The translations under genes and the position numbers were made by a program. From the NCBI GenBank assembly GCA_964598145.1, contig CAZRAM010000006.1, positions 84,440 through 148,439 on the forward strand: 64,000 nt of DNA, written 5' to 3'. This document shows positions 18,638 through 29,713 of the stretch, in pieces. The stretch comes from an uncultured Pseudomonadales bacterium. Lineage in GTDB: Bacteria > Pseudomonadota > Gammaproteobacteria > Pseudomonadales > JAHEIH01. The notes under the pieces were generated by a model that saw nothing but the letters and a program-made list of their open reading frames with translations, had not been told where the DNA came from and did not search any database. Numbering within the stretch: position 1 is the first letter of the stretch; every line of letters begins with the position of its first letter.

Positions 18638-20107
18638 ATGGTGACCACAGATACCCGAGAACGTCCCGATAATTATTTTACCGATTGGAAAGCGCGCGAG
18701 GAGTTGGCGGAGAAGATGATTCCCATCGTCGGCCAGCTCTACCGCAACAATAGCTCTAAGGTCTATGTCTACGGCCGCGACATGGTGGGTAAGTCGGTGC
18801 TGGATATTATGAAAATGCACCGCGCCGCACGCCAGATTGTGGGTACTGAGCTATCAGAGTTTGAAACCTTTCCCATCCTGGAAACCCTAGCGCGTCTTAA
18901 TCTCGGAATGTCGCACATCGATGTGGGTCGCCTCGCGACTAATTACGAATTGGCTCGGCAGGAGCAAGCTATCGATTTGGAAACATTTCTGCGCCGCGAG
19001 TTGGCGGATGTAATTGACAAGCAAGTGCGTGCCGTTGAGCGCCCGCGCGACGTAGTGCTGTATGGTTTTGGCCGAATTGGCCGCTTGCTTGCGCGCTTGT
19101 TGATCGAAAAAACCGGCGGTGGCGAAACCTTGCGTTTGCGCGCCATTGTAGTTCGCCAAGGCGGCGCCAAAAACGATCTGGTGAAACGCGCCAGCTTACT
19201 GCGCCGAGATTCGGTGCACGGTTCGTTTAAGGGCACCATTCGCGTCGACGAAGAAAGCAGCAGTATTGTTGCCAATGGCAATGAGATCAAAGTCATCTAT
19301 TCCAATGCGCCCGAAGATATCGATTACACTGCCTACGGCATCGAGGATGCCTTGATTATCGATAATACCGGCGTGTGGCGCGACGAGGCGGGCTTAGGCC
19401 GCCACCTGAAGGCCAAGGGAGCAGCCAAGGTGCTGTTGACGGCACCGGGCAAGGGCGATATCAAGAATATCGTTTACGGTGTGAATAATGGGGATATCGA
19501 AGAAAGCGATACCATTTTATCGGCCGCTTCCTGTACCACCAACGCCATTGTCCCGCCGCTGAAAATGCTCGAAGAGAAGTACGGTATCGACAATGGGCAC
19601 GTTGAAACCGTGCACTCCTATACCAACGACCAGAACTTGATCGACAATTATCACAAGGGTGATCGGCGCGGTCGCAGTGCGCCGTTAAATATGGTGTTGA
19701 CCGAAACCGGCGCCGCCAAAGCGGTGGCTAAGGTATTGCCGCAATTCGATGGCAAGCTCACCGGCAATGCCATTCGCGTGCCTACGCCCAACGTGTCGAT
19801 GGCGATTTTGAAGTTGAATCTAAAAACCGAGACCACGGTTGATGAAATGAACGAATTTATGCGCTGGGCGGCGGTGTATTCACCGCTTCGCAAGCAGATC
19901 GACTTCACTAACTCGCCCGAGGTGGTATCGAGTGATTTCGTGGGTTCACGCAGTGCCTGTGTGTTTGATGCCGGTGCCACTATCGTCAATGGCAAAACGG
20001 CGGTGCTCTATTGCTGGTACGACAACGAGTTTGGCTATAGCTGCCAGGTTCACCGTATCGTCGAGCAGATGGCCGGTGTTAACTACGCGGTTTTCCCTCG
20101 CGACTAG
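18638..20107 (+). CDS. Glyceraldehyde-3-phosphate dehydrogenase, long form with N-terminal extension
   Basis: 489 aa. The Rossmann motif VVLYGFGRIGR appears only around residue 140. Catalytic Cys is in SAASCTTNAIVPPLK. Confidence 0.9.
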   Translation: MVTTDTRERPDNYFTDWKAREELAEKMIPIVGQLYRNNSSKVYVYGRDMVGKSVLDIMKMHRAARQIVGTELSEFETFPILETLARLNLGMSHIDVGRLATNYELARQEQAIDLETFLRRELADVIDKQVRAVERPRDVVLYGFGRIGRLLARLLIEKTGGGETLRLRAIVVRQGGAKNDLVKRASLLRRDSVHGSFKGTIRVDEESSSIVANGNEIKVIYSNAPEDIDYTAYGIEDALIIDNTGVWRDEAGLGRHLKAKGAAKVLLTAPGKGDIKNIVYGVNNGDIEESDTILSAASCTTNAIVPPLKMLEEKYGIDNGHVETVHSYTNDQNLIDNYHKGDRRGRSAPLNMVLTETGAAKAVAKVLPQFDGKLTGNAIRVPTPNVSMAILKLNLKTETTVDEMNEFMRWAAVYSPLRKQIDFTNSPEVVSSDFVGSRSACVFDAGATIVNGKTAVLYCWYDNEFGYSCQVHRIVEQMAGVNYAVFPRD

Positions 20108-20113
20108 CACTTT

Positions 20114-20145
20114 GCGCAACCTCCCGTGTGCGGGGGGTTGCGTTT
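20114..20145 (+). terminator. Rho-independent terminator after the GAPDH gene
   Basis: GCGCAACCTCCC / GGGGGGTTGCG stem (one G-U pair) with a 6-nt loop, followed by TTT. Confidence 0.6.
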
Positions 20146-20385
20146 ACATTAATATTTGCTAATATTTTCTATCGAAAAATTCCAGTCATAATAACGCCTT
20201 AAATCCTATTAGGCGGTAGTCATCGCGCGCGTATTTCTCTATAATTCGCACCCCGTGTGAATTGGGAAAGTATTGCCTCCATTTTGCACCCCAGTGCGTA
20301 ACCAGTTTTACGTATTTCAGTGAGTCCGCGGCAACCAGCGGTGCTCGCTTTCGAAACATCAACCTTAAGAAGGTGAATAGACAAC

Positions 20386-21723
20386 ATGATCAAGATCAAG
20401 CGGGGTTTGGATTTGCCCATCTCCGGTGCCCCTGATCAAGTCATCAGCGAAGGGCCAAATACTCGCAGCGTTGCAGTAATTGGTTTCGACTACGTGGGTA
20501 TGAAGCCCACCATGCTGGTGAAAGAGGGTGATCGGGTAACCACAGGTCAAGCGATTTTCACTGATAAGAAGACCGACGGCGTCGTATACACTGCGCCAGC
20601 TACCGGTGTTATTTCAGCGATTAATCGTGGCGAAAAGCGCGTTCTTCAATCGGTCGTTATCGACGTAGAAGAAGATGAATATGTTCAGTTCGATAGCTAC
20701 GACGCCGCGGCACTTGCCGATTTGGCGCGCGATAAAGTCGTCGATAATTTGGTGAAGTCAGGTCTCTGGACCGCCTTGCGCACTCGCCCCTACAGCAAAG
20801 TCCCCGCTATTGATGCTCAGCCTTCGGCCGTTTTTGTCAACGCCATGGACACCAATCCGCTGGCGGCAAACCCCGCCGTGATCATTGCCGAACAAGCGGA
20901 AGCATTCAGCGCCGGTGTCACCGTGTTGAGCCGTTTGACTGAAGGCAAGACCTTTGTGTGTAGCGCCCCTGGTAGCCAGATCAATGCTCCTGCGCAAGCC
21001 AACGGTGTCGAGTTTGCTGGCCCACACCCCGCGGGTCTAGCCGGTACGCACATTCACTACTTGGCGCCAGTATCAGCTGAAAAGCACGCTTGGAGCATCA
21101 ACTACCAAGACGCTATCGCGGTAGGTAAGTTGTTCCTCGAAGGCAAGTTGTTCACCGATCGCGTTATCTCTCTCGCCGGTCCTCAGATTGAACAGCCTCG
21201 CCTAGTGCGCACCCGCATCGGTGCCAGCTTGGACGAGTTGGTCGCTGGCCAAATGAAAGCCGGTGATAACCGCGTGGTATCAGGTTCGGTGTTGGGCGGT
21301 CGTACCGCGCGTGGCTCCGTTGCCTACCTGGGTCGCTACCACTTGCAGGTGAGCGTCATAAAAGAAGGTGCAGAGCGTGAATTCATGGGTTGGTTGTCGC
21401 CCGGTGCTAATAAGCACTCTATGCTGCGCATCTACCTGTCACAATTTATGAAGTCTAAGCGTTTTGATTACAGCGCCAATACCAATGGTTCTGAGCGCGC
21501 TATGGTACCTGTGGGTAGCTATGAAAAAGTCATGCCGCTTGACATCCTCCCCACCCAATTGCTGCGTTCGCTGATCGTTGGCGATACGCAACAAGCCCAA
21601 TTGTTAGGTTGCTTGGAGTTGGACGAAGAAGACTTAGCGCTGTGTACCTATGTATGCCAGAGCAAGTACGAATACGGTCCCATTCTGCGTGAGAACTTAA
21701 CCCGTATCGAGAAAGAGGGTTAA
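20386..21723 (+). CDS. nqrA: Na+-translocating NADH:quinone oxidoreductase subunit A
   Basis: 445 aa with the [17 protein letters not shown]-terminus typical of NqrA. First gene of a six-gene nqr cluster. Confidence 0.95.
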   Translation: MIKIKRGLDLPISGAPDQVISEGPNTRSVAVIGFDYVGMKPTMLVKEGDRVTTGQAIFTDKKTDGVVYTAPATGVISAINRGEKRVLQSVVIDVEEDEYVQFDSYDAAALADLARDKVVDNLVKSGLWTALRTRPYSKVPAIDAQPSAVFVNAMDTNPLAANPAVIIAEQAEAFSAGVTVLSRLTEGKTFVCSAPGSQINAPAQANGVEFAGPHPAGLAGTHIHYLAPVSAEKHAWSINYQDAIAVGKLFLEGKLFTDRVISLAGPQIEQPRLVRTRIGASLDELVAGQMKAGDNRVVSGSVLGGRTARGSVAYLGRYHLQVSVIKEGAEREFMGWLSPGANKHSMLRIYLSQFMKSKRFDYSANTNGSERAMVPVGSYEKVMPLDILPTQLLRSLIVGDTQQAQLLGCLELDEEDLALCTYVCQSKYEYGPILRENLTRIEKEG

Positions 21724-21727
21724 TACC

Positions 21728-22927
21728 ATGGCATTGAGAAAATTCTTTGATTCACTCGAGCCCCACTTCCACAAAGGTGGACGCTACGAGAACTGGTATG
21801 CGTTGTACGAAGCAGTAGACACCATTTTCTACTCGCCTTCATCGACCACTAAAACCACCGCCCACGTGCGCGATGGTGTCGATCTCAAACGCATCATGAT
21901 TACCGTTTGGTTCGCGGCATTCCCTGCCATGTTCTTCGGTATGTACAACGTGGGTCTGCAAGCCAATACCGTATTGGCTGAGCTGGGCACCACCAATATT
22001 GAAGGCTGGCGCGCTGGCTTCATCACCATGGCATCTGGCCTGAACCCCGCGAGTGTGTGGGATAACTTCTGGCACGGTCTGTGGTACTTCCTGCCCATTT
22101 ACGCTGTGACTTTCATCGTGGGCGGTTTCTGGGAAGTGTTGTTCGCCATGAAACGCGGCCACGAAGTTAACGAAGGCTTCTTCGTAACCTCGATCCTGTT
22201 TGCCCTGTCTTGCCCGCCAACGCTGCCACTGTGGATCGTTGCCCTGGGTATTTCATTCGGTATCGTCGTGGGTAAAGAAGTGTTCGGTGGTACCGGCAAA
22301 AACTTCTTGAACCCCGCATTGACCGGTCGTGCCTTCCTGTTCTTCGCTTACCCCAGCACCATGAGTGGTGACGCTGTGTGGGTAGCGGTTGACGGTTACA
22401 CCATGGCTACCCCGCTGTCTGTCGCAGCTAGCCAAGGTGTTGATGCGATGGCGCAGCAGTTCACTTGGATGAATTCATTCTTTGGCTTTATCCCTGGCTC
22501 TAACGGTGAAACATCAACCCTGGCGATTTTGCTGGGTGGTGCACTGTTGCTCGGCACTGGCATCGCCTCTTGGCGCATCGTCGGTGGCGTGTTCTTGGGT
22601 ATGATTTCGTTGTCTACGCTGTTCAATTTCATCGGTTCAGACACCAATCCCATGTTTGCCATGCCTTGGTACTGGCACTTGGTGGTCGGCGGCTTTGCCT
22701 TCGGTATGATCTTTATGGCCACTGACCCCGTATCGGCGTCAATGACCAACAAAGGTAAGTGGTTCTACGGTATCTTGATCGGCCTGATGGTGGTCCTGAT
22801 TCGTGTGGTTAACCCCGCGTTCCCCGAAGGTATGATGTTGGCGATTCTGTTCTCTAACTTGTTCGCACCGCTGATCGATCACTTCGTGGTGCAGTCTAAT
22901 GTGAAGCGGAGGTTGGCACGTGGCTAG
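21728..22927 (+). CDS. nqrB: Na+-NQR subunit B
   Basis: 399-aa polytopic membrane protein of the NqrB/RnfD type, second in the operon. Confidence 0.95.
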   Translation: MALRKFFDSLEPHFHKGGRYENWYALYEAVDTIFYSPSSTTKTTAHVRDGVDLKRIMITVWFAAFPAMFFGMYNVGLQANTVLAELGTTNIEGWRAGFITMASGLNPASVWDNFWHGLWYFLPIYAVTFIVGGFWEVLFAMKRGHEVNEGFFVTSILFALSCPPTLPLWIVALGISFGIVVGKEVFGGTGKNFLNPALTGRAFLFFAYPSTMSGDAVWVAVDGYTMATPLSVAASQGVDAMAQQFTWMNSFFGFIPGSNGETSTLAILLGGALLLGTGIASWRIVGGVFLGMISLSTLFNFIGSDTNPMFAMPWYWHLVVGGFAFGMIFMATDPVSASMTNKGKWFYGILIGLMVVLIRVVNPAFPEGMMLAILFSNLFAPLIDHFVVQSNVKRRLARG

Positions 22928-23690
22928 TAACGATTCTATTAAGCAAACGTTGATCGTTGCGGGTGCGCTGTGTGTTGTCTGCGCGCTGGTGGTGTCATCG
23001 GCGGCGGTAAGCCTGAAGCCTCAACAAGAGGCCAACCAGGTCACCGACCGTAAAACCAATATTTTGGCTGCAGCGGGTCTGTTGCAAGCGGGTGTTTCGA
23101 TTGACGAGCAGTTCGAGTCAGTTGAAGTACGCGTGGTTGACCTGCGCACTGGCGAGTTTACTGATGAAGTAGACGCGGCTGGTTACGATCAAATCAAAGC
23201 GGCGAAAGATCCCTCGCAATCAACCAAGTTGAGTGCAGAAGAAGACACCGCCAAGATTTTCCGTCGCGAGCACTTTGCCACCGTTTACTTGGTGAAAAAG
23301 GGTGACGCGATCGATAAGCTGATTTTGCCCGTACGCGGCTATGGCCTGTGGGGCACCTTGTACGGTTTCTTGGCGCTGGAAAACGACGCCAACACCGTGG
23401 CCGGTCTGGGTTTCTACGACCACAAGGAAACTCCCGGACTGGGCGGCGAAGTCGATAACCCGAATTGGAAAGCGCTGTGGCCCGGCAAAGAAATCTACGC
23501 CAACGGCAAAGCGGCTATTCAGTTGATCAAGGGTTCGGTAGATCCCGCTTCTCCAATGGCGTCTAACTCGGTTGATGGCCTGTCGGGTGCTACCCTGACC
23601 AGCCGCGGCGTAACCAATTTGCTGCAGTTCTGGATGAGCGACTTGGGTTACAAGCCCTTCCTCGAAAAACTGCGTAACGGCGAGGTGTAA
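22920..23690 (+). CDS. nqrC: Na+-NQR subunit C
   Basis: 256 aa. One N-terminal TM helix and the FMN attachment motif [10 protein letters not shown]. Confidence 0.95.
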   Translation: MASNDSIKQTLIVAGALCVVCALVVSSAAVSLKPQQEANQVTDRKTNILAAAGLLQAGVSIDEQFESVEVRVVDLRTGEFTDEVDAAGYDQIKAAKDPSQSTKLSAEEDTAKIFRREHFATVYLVKKGDAIDKLILPVRGYGLWGTLYGFLALENDANTVAGLGFYDHKETPGLGGEVDNPNWKALWPGKEIYANGKAAIQLIKGSVDPASPMASNSVDGLSGATLTSRGVTNLLQFWMSDLGYKPFLEKLRNGEV

Positions 23691-23692
23691 TC

Positions 23693-24355
23693 GTGTCTCA
23701 GATTAAAGAATCTCTGTTAAGCCCCATCGTTAACAACAACCCCATTGCTCTGCAAATTCTGGGTATTTGTTCGGCGCTGGCGGTAACCTCGAGCCTGAAA
23801 GTGGCATTGGTTATGTCGTTGTCTGTGACAGCGGTAACCGCCTGTTCTAACTTTTCAATCTCGTTGATCCGCAACTACATTCCCAGCAGCATTCGCATCA
23901 TCGTGCAGATGGTGATCATTGCGTCACTGGTAATTGTGGTTGACCAAGTATTGAAAGCGGTCGCCTACGACATTTCTAAGCAGCTGTCGGTATTCGTTGG
24001 TTTGATCATTACCAACTGTATCGTAATGGGCCGCGCGGAAGCGTTTGCGATGAAAAATCCGCCTATCCCTAGTTTCTTCGACGGTGTAGGTAACGGTTTG
24101 GGCTACAGCTTTGTATTGATGACTGTCGGTTTCGTTCGCGAACTGTTCGGCTCAGGTACTTTGTTCGGCTTTGAAATCCTGCCCGTGGTAAACAACGGCG
24201 GTTGGTATGTTCCCAACGGTATGTTGTTGTTGCCCCCCAGTGCGTTCTTCCTGATCGGCTTCTTTATATGGGCGCTGCGTTCATTCCGTAGCAACCAAGT
24301 AGAAAAATCCGAATTCAAGATTGCGCCTAACACCCGTGCAGCGAAGGAGGTCTAA
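23693..24355 (+). CDS. nqrD: Na+-NQR subunit D
   Basis: 220-aa polytopic membrane protein of the NqrD/RnfE type. GTG start. Confidence 0.93.
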   Translation: MSQIKESLLSPIVNNNPIALQILGICSALAVTSSLKVALVMSLSVTAVTACSNFSISLIRNYIPSSIRIIVQMVIIASLVIVVDQVLKAVAYDISKQLSVFVGLIITNCIVMGRAEAFAMKNPPIPSFFDGVGNGLGYSFVLMTVGFVRELFGSGTLFGFEILPVVNNGGWYVPNGMLLLPPSAFFLIGFFIWALRSFRSNQVEKSEFKIAPNTRAAKEV

Positions 24356-24358
24356 GCC

Positions 24359-24976
24359 GTGGAACACTATCTGAGTTTATTTATTCGCTCGATTTTCATC
24401 GAGAACATGGCGCTGGGTTTCTTCCTCGGCATGTGTACCTTCATCGCGATCTCAAAGAAAATTGAAGCGGCGATTGGTTTGGGTATTGCCGTTGTTGTGG
24501 TACTGACGATTACTGTGCCAATCAACAACATCATCTACCACGGCTTGTTGGCCGAGGGCGCGCTGGCTTGGACCGGCAACCCCACCTTGGCAGCGCTGGA
24601 TCTGAGCTTCTTGGGTCTGTTGAGCTACATCGGTGTTATTGCGGCGATCGTACAAATTATGGAGATGTTTCTCGATAAATATGTACCGGCGCTTTACAAC
24701 GCACTGGGTGTGTTCCTGCCGTTGATTACTGTGAACTGCGCGATTATGGGTGCATCATTGTTCATGGTAGAGCGCGATTACAACCTGCCTGAGTCGATTG
24801 TTTACGGCGCAGGTTCTGGTGTGGGCTGGGCGTTGGCGATCATCGCGTTGGCCGGTATTCGCGAGAAACTGAAATACAGCGATATTCCCGCAGGCCTGCA
24901 AGGCTTGGGTATCACCTTTATCACCGTAGGCTTGATGGCACTTGGCTTCATGTCTTTCGGCGGTATCGATCTGTAA
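24359..24976 (+). CDS. nqrE: Na+-NQR subunit E
   Basis: 205-aa polytopic membrane protein of the NqrE/RnfA type. GTG start. Confidence 0.93.
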   Translation: MEHYLSLFIRSIFIENMALGFFLGMCTFIAISKKIEAAIGLGIAVVVVLTITVPINNIIYHGLLAEGALAWTGNPTLAALDLSFLGLLSYIGVIAAIVQIMEMFLDKYVPALYNALGVFLPLITVNCAIMGASLFMVERDYNLPESIVYGAGSGVGWALAIIALAGIREKLKYSDIPAGLQGLGITFITVGLMALGFMSFGGIDL

Positions 24977-24993
24977 TAGAAGGGTAGAGACGA

Positions 24994-26214
24994 ATGAATA
25001 CAATTATTCTTGGCGTCGTGATGTTTACTGTGGTCGTACTCGGCCTGGTAGCTGTCATTCTGTTCGCCCGTTCAAAAATGGTTAGCACCGGTGATGTTAA
25101 AATTGAGATCAACGGTGAAAAAACAATCACCGTCCCCGCTGGCGGTAAATTGCTGCAAACCCTGTCTGAAGGCGGTTTGTTCCTGCCCTCAGCTTGTGGT
25201 GGTGGCGGTAGCTGCGCGCAGTGTAAGTGTGTGGTAAACGACGGTGGTGGTTCAATGCTGCCCACCGAAAGTGCTCACTTCACGCCTCGCGAAGCGAAAG
25301 AAGGCTGGCGTCTGTCGTGCCAGACCCCTGTTAAGCAGGACATGAAAATCGAAGTGCCTGAAGAGGTCTTCGGCGTTAAGCAGTGGGAGTGTACTGTTGA
25401 GTCTAACCCCAACGTAGCGACCTTCATTAAAGAGCTGACCCTGCGTCTGCCCGAAGGTGAAAACGTCGACTTCCGCGCTGGTGGTTATGTGCAGTTGGAA
25501 TGTCCTCCTCACTCGGTCAACTACGCTGATTTCGATATCGGTGACGAGTACAAGGGCGACTGGGAACGCTTTGGTTTCCTGGGTTGTAAGTCTTCTTGCG
25601 ACGAAACCACTATTCGCGCCTATTCGATGGCTAACTACCCCGAAGAGAAGGGCGTGGTGAAGTTCAATATTCGCTGTGCGACACCACCTCCAGGCAAGTT
25701 GGATATTCCTCCCGGCATCATGTCGTCTTGGGTGTTCAACCTGAAGCCCGGTGACAAAGTGACCGTTTACGGCCCCTTCGGTGAGTTCTTCGCTAAAGAC
25801 ACCGATAACGAGATGGTCTTCATCGGTGGTGGTGCCGGTATGGCGCCCATGCGTTCGCACATCTTCGACCAATTGCGTCGTTTGAAGTCAAAACGCAAGA
25901 TCTCATTCTGGTACGGTGCACGCTCGCTGCGCGAAGTGTTCTACGCCGACGAGTACGATCAATTGGCGGCCGAAAACGAAAATTTCGAATGGCACTTGGC
26001 GCTCAGCGATCCTCAGCCCGAAGACAACTGGGATGGTTTGACTGGCTTCATCCACAACGTGTTGTTGGAGCAATACCTGAAAGACCACCCCGCACCCGAA
26101 GACTGCGAATACTACATGTGTGGACCGCCGATGATGAACGCGGCCGTCATCAACATGTTGGAAAACATGGGTGTCGAACGCGAAAACATCTTCCTCGACG
26201 ACTTCGGTGGTTAA
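24994..26214 (+). CDS. nqrF: Na+-NQR subunit F
   Basis: 406 aa. N-terminal TM helix, 2Fe-2S motif [15 protein letters not shown] motif RAYSMAN and NADH motif GGGAGMAP. Confidence 0.96.
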   Translation: MNTIILGVVMFTVVVLGLVAVILFARSKMVSTGDVKIEINGEKTITVPAGGKLLQTLSEGGLFLPSACGGGGSCAQCKCVVNDGGGSMLPTESAHFTPREAKEGWRLSCQTPVKQDMKIEVPEEVFGVKQWECTVESNPNVATFIKELTLRLPEGENVDFRAGGYVQLECPPHSVNYADFDIGDEYKGDWERFGFLGCKSSCDETTIRAYSMANYPEEKGVVKFNIRCATPPPGKLDIPPGIMSSWVFNLKPGDKVTVYGPFGEFFAKDTDNEMVFIGGGAGMAPMRSHIFDQLRRLKSKRKISFWYGARSLREVFYADEYDQLAAENENFEWHLALSDPQPEDNWDGLTGFIHNVLLEQYLKDHPAPEDCEYYMCGPPMMNAAVINMLENMGVERENIFLDDFGG

Positions 26215-26217
26215 GGC

Positions 26218-27273
26218 ATGATGCATCCCCTACAAGGATGGCTAAGAGCGGGATTTTTAATCCCGCTTTTTGCTTTTTGTAGCCTTTTTTTAAGCGCCTG
26301 CCAGCCAGCTCCCGAGGCCTACCGCTTCAACGGTTTGATCATGGGTACCAGCTACAACGTGACCGTGGTTGATTTGCCCAGCGGGGTGACGCGGGCGGCA
26401 GTGCAAAAGGGCGTGCACGCGGCACTCGTATCGGTCGACGCCGAAATGTCGACGTACAAGCCTGCGTCCGGGTTGATGCAACTCAATGGCCATCCCATCG
26501 ACGACGCGCGCGACATTTCTGCGGAACTTATGCAGGTGTTGCAGCTGTCTAAAGAGGTATATCAAGCCAGCGAAGGGGCCTTTGACCCGACCGTTGGCGC
26601 TTTGGTAAACGCCTGGGGCTTTGGCCCGCGCGAGGTCGGTGCTGATGAAGTGCCGAGCGAGGCGGATATTGCGCAGCTGCAGTCAGCCATAGGGTTCGAC
26701 AAGTTGACGTTGTCGCCCGAGCAAGCAACGGCGACACGCCACGGCGATGTGTTTGTCGACTTGTCGGCGGTGGCCAAGGGATACGGCGTTGATCGCGCAG
26801 CCGAGTGGCTGCTGGCGAATGGCGTTGATAACTTTTTAGTGGAAGTGGGCGGTGAGTTGCGAGCGCATGGTTACAGCCCGCGCGGCGATCGCTGGGTTAC
26901 CGCGATAAGCGAGCCCGATAGCGGTGTTCAGCCCCGCATTCATCGGCGCTTGGTGATTGAAGGGAAAGCGGTGGCCACCTCCGGTGACTACTACAATTTC
27001 TTTACCGTCGACGGCGTGCGTTATTCTCACACCATTGATCCACGCACCGGTCGGCCGGTGACCCATGGTTTGGCATCGGTGACGGTGGTGGCAGATACCT
27101 GTGCAGAAGCGGATGCCTTTGCGACTGCCATCGATGTGTTGGGACCTGAGCGCGGTTTGGCTATGGCCGAGCGCGAGGGTTTGGCGGTATACATTTTGGC
27201 GCGTGGAGAGGATGGCTTTGTAGCGAGCTATTCCCCCGCCTTTGAGCAATATATAGCGGACGCGGTTCGCTAG
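26218..27273 (+). CDS. apbE: FAD:protein FMN transferase (ApbE), lipoprotein
   Basis: 351 aa with lipobox FLSAC. ApbE-family sequence immediately after nqrF. Confidence 0.9.
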   Translation: MMHPLQGWLRAGFLIPLFAFCSLFLSACQPAPEAYRFNGLIMGTSYNVTVVDLPSGVTRAAVQKGVHAALVSVDAEMSTYKPASGLMQLNGHPIDDARDISAELMQVLQLSKEVYQASEGAFDPTVGALVNAWGFGPREVGADEVPSEADIAQLQSAIGFDKLTLSPEQATATRHGDVFVDLSAVAKGYGVDRAAEWLLANGVDNFLVEVGGELRAHGYSPRGDRWVTAISEPDSGVQPRIHRRLVIEGKAVATSGDYYNFFTVDGVRYSHTIDPRTGRPVTHGLASVTVVADTCAEADAFATAIDVLGPERGLAMAEREGLAVYILARGEDGFVASYSPAFEQYIADAVR

Positions 27274-27283
27274 GAGAGTAATT

Positions 27284-27523
27284 GTGACAACGTTTATTGT
27301 GGCTTTGATCGTGGTGTTATTGTTGGTGGGTGGCATGGCCATCGGCGTCATCATGGGGCGCGAGCCGATCAAGGGGTCGTGCGGCGGTATGGCAGCGCTG
27401 GGTATCGATACTGAATGCGATATCTGCGGTGGCAATCCCAACCTGTGTGAGACCGAGCAGAAAAAAGCCGCCGCTGAGCAAGCGACGGCTGATGATCTTT
27501 CCTACGACGCAACCAAGCGCTAG
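27284..27523 (+). CDS. nqrM: Na+-NQR maturation factor NqrM
   Basis: 79 aa. One TM helix plus Cys motifs GSCGG...CDICGG. Conserved position after apbE. Confidence 0.85.
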   Translation: MTTFIVALIVVLLLVGGMAIGVIMGREPIKGSCGGMAALGIDTECDICGGNPNLCETEQKKAAAEQATADDLSYDATKR

Positions 27524-27530
27524 TCGATGG

Positions 27531-27558
27531 GTGGCGGCACAGGCCGCCACTATTTTTT
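27531..27558 (+). terminator. Rho-independent terminator of the nqr operon
   Basis: Perfect 8-bp GC-rich stem GTGGCGGC/GCCGCCAC with a 4-nt loop, followed by TATTTTTT. Confidence 0.8.
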
Positions 27559-27560
27559 CA

Positions 27561-27854
27561 CTATTTTTCTTGGGGTGCCGCTTTTAGCACGCTGCGGATG
27601 ACCCAGTTACCTTCCAATACCACAAAAAAGTCAGCGTAATCCATGCGATAGATCGGTGGCGTTCCTACTGGCCCACTGCTACTTTCGGGTTCTCCCCAGC
27701 GCTCGAGTAGCGTGTCGCGGTGCGTACCGCGTTTGGGTAGTTCACTGCGTCGCTGCTCGTCTCCCTGTTGCGAAACGGGGATGGTCACCACATCGGCGTA
27801 AACGAGTGAGGTGCTGCTGATAAGCGCAGCCACAAAGGCGAGCATTTTGATCAT
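27561..27854 (-). CDS. Hypothetical secreted protein
   Basis: 97 aa with signal peptide MLAFVAALISSTSLVYA. Overlaps the upstream PilZ-like gene by 4 nt (ATGA), suggesting co-translation. Confidence 0.5.
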   Translation of the reverse strand: MIKMLAFVAALISSTSLVYADVVTIPVSQQGDEQRRSELPKRGTHRDTLLERWGEPESSSGPVGTPPIYRMDYADFFVVLEGNWVIRSVLKAAPQEK

Positions 27855-28426
27855 GACGTCGTTCTCCTTAGGCGTCGTTGTTCGGCATCGGCTTGTAATA
27901 CGAATTTGGCGATACTTTGGAGCTCATGTTCCTCGAGGTCCTGAAACGCCACACCGATATAATAGTAGTCGTTTTCGCGTTGGCAGCTTTGAATTTTGCC
28001 GTATACGCAGTGGTTTTTAAAATCATCTAAATCGAGTTTCAAGGCGAGATATTCGCCCTGCGGCAGGGGTTCTCGCTGGCGCCAGCCGACGCCGCCCTCA
28101 CTGAGCGAGACCTTAACGGTGTGATAGGCATCAGAGTCCTTTAATTGGGCGACAGCTAGCGTATCAATCTGCTGTTGCAGGCCGTGCAGGGCGAGACTAA
28201 TCGCATCGAGCTCGGCCGGAATATCGCGTAGGTGCTGATTGACGGTTTGGCGTAGCGTCTGCATCTTGCGTTTTAACACCACCGCCTCGCTGTCTTCGAA
28301 ATGACTGCACGCCTCCACGGGAGGGATATTACGCCCCATCGGAATGATGCGCATACCAATCTGAATTTGGACTCTGTAGAAATTGCGTTTATTATCCACG
28401 GTATTCTCTTCTAATCTTTCACTCAT
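27851..28426 (-). CDS. PilZ-like domain protein with widely separated motifs
   Basis: RNFYR (RxxxR) near the N-terminus and SLSEGG (xSxxG) about 90 residues later. It sits beside lolC, as the PilZ protein PA2989 does in P. aeruginosa (recollection). Start set at ATG 28426; the longest ORF (28477) would overlap the lolC start. Confidence 0.55.
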   Translation of the reverse strand: MSERLEENTVDNKRNFYRVQIQIGMRIIPMGRNIPPVEACSHFEDSEAVVLKRKMQTLRQTVNQHLRDIPAELDAISLALHGLQQQIDTLAVAQLKDSDAYHTVKVSLSEGGVGWRQREPLPQGEYLALKLDLDDFKNHCVYGKIQSCQRENDYYYIGVAFQDLEEHELQSIAKFVLQADAEQRRLRRTTS

Positions 28427-28475
28427 TATAGACTGCGTTGGCACAGCTTGCGTGCCATAGGGATAGCCAAACAGC

Positions 28476-29705
28476 ATGTCAGACCAGTTTACCTCCTTTG
28501 TAGCGATGCGCTACCTGACCGCGCGCAAACGCAGTCAGTGGATGTCGTTCATTTCGCTAGTCTCTACCCTTGGGTTAGTGCTGGGGGTGGCCGCCCTAAT
28601 CACTGTGTTATCGGTCATGAACGGTTTTGGCTTAGAGCTAAAACAGCGCCTGCTGTCGACCTTGCCGCACGCCTATGTTGAGCCCGAACAAGGTGCGCTG
28701 AATGATTGGCCGGCCGCTCAACAGCAGTGGCTAGCTCAGCCAGGTGTTGTCGCCGCTGCGCCGGTCATCAGTCGCAAGGTTATGCTGGTCAGTGGGGCGC
28801 TGACGCGAGCAATTAATCTGCACGCGGTGGATCCCGCACTAGAGCAACAGGTGTCGTCGTTGCCCGCGGTGATGGTGGAAGGCTCTTTTGGTGATTTACA
28901 GGACGGTCAATTTGGTATCGTCATCGGGGCAGTCACCGCGCAGCAACTCGGGGTCTACCCCGGGCAGCGCATCGATGTCATCTTGCCGCAGCTTAACACC
29001 ACTGCGCTGGGGGTTTTTCCTCGTACCAAGCGCTTTCAAGTGGTGGGTATTTTTGACGCTGGCGCCCAGGTAGACGGTAGCGAGGCCTACATTGCGCTAG
29101 GCGATGGGCGACGGTTGTTCCGCTATTCGGGCGAAGAGGTTGCCGGGCTGCGCCTGGCTTACGATGACATGTATGCGGCGGATCGGGTCGCGCCGCTGCA
29201 AGGTTGGCGCATGACTACCTGGACCCAGGCCAATGCTACCCTGTTTGGCGCCATCGCCATGGAAAAGATGATGATGACTTTCTTGCTGTTGATCGTTGTG
29301 GCGGTAGCGACCTTCAACGTGGTTTCAATTATGAGTATGTTGGTCAACGACAAGCGCGCAGATATCGCGGTGTTGCGTGTTATGGGTGCATCGAGCAAGG
29401 GAATACGGCGCATTTTTATGACCACCGGTTTACTGATCGGCATGCTGGGTAGCATCATCGGTTGCCTGTTGGGCGTGTTTTTGGCGATGAACGTAGGTGC
29501 GCTAGTGGCCGCCGTTGAACGCGCCGTTGGGGCGTCGATGTTCGATCCCTCCGTTTACTACATCAGCCAACTTCCCAGCCATCTCGAGTGGTCAGACGTG
29601 GGCTTGGTGTTGCTGGTTAGCCTGGTGCTGAGCATATTAAGCAGTTATTACCCCGCGCAGCGAGCGGCGGCGATTGAGCCCTCGCGTGCGCTTCAATATG
29701 AATAA
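28476..29705 (+). CDS. lolC: Lipoprotein-releasing system permease LolC
   Basis: 409 aa. MacB/FtsX-type permease with N-terminus [12 protein letters not shown]. First gene of lolCDE. Confidence 0.9.
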   Translation: MSDQFTSFVAMRYLTARKRSQWMSFISLVSTLGLVLGVAALITVLSVMNGFGLELKQRLLSTLPHAYVEPEQGALNDWPAAQQQWLAQPGVVAAAPVISRKVMLVSGALTRAINLHAVDPALEQQVSSLPAVMVEGSFGDLQDGQFGIVIGAVTAQQLGVYPGQRIDVILPQLNTTALGVFPRTKRFQVVGIFDAGAQVDGSEAYIALGDGRRLFRYSGEEVAGLRLAYDDMYAADRVAPLQGWRMTTWTQANATLFGAIAMEKMMMTFLLLIVVAVATFNVVSIMSMLVNDKRADIAVLRVMGASSKGIRRIFMTTGLLIGMLGSIIGCLLGVFLAMNVGALVAAVERAVGASMFDPSVYYISQLPSHLEWSDVGLVLLVSLVLSILSSYYPAQRAAAIEPSRALQYE

Positions 29706-29713
29706 GGACCACT

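Noticed and set aside
25252-25872. Long antisense or alternate-frame ORFs inside well-supported genes. Examples: 25252-25872, 26836-27441, 33455-33961, 41384-41962, 44213-44935, 45406-46002, 50101-50664, 50802-51374, 17504-18016, 2806-3225 and 3247-3678.
   Set aside because: They lie entirely within strongly supported conserved genes (nqrF, apbE, comEC, murB/uvrC, smc, ligA, mfd, uup). Their compositions are Arg/Ser/Ala/Pro-skewed, and they lack start-site signals. These are typical shadow ORFs of GC-rich coding DNA.
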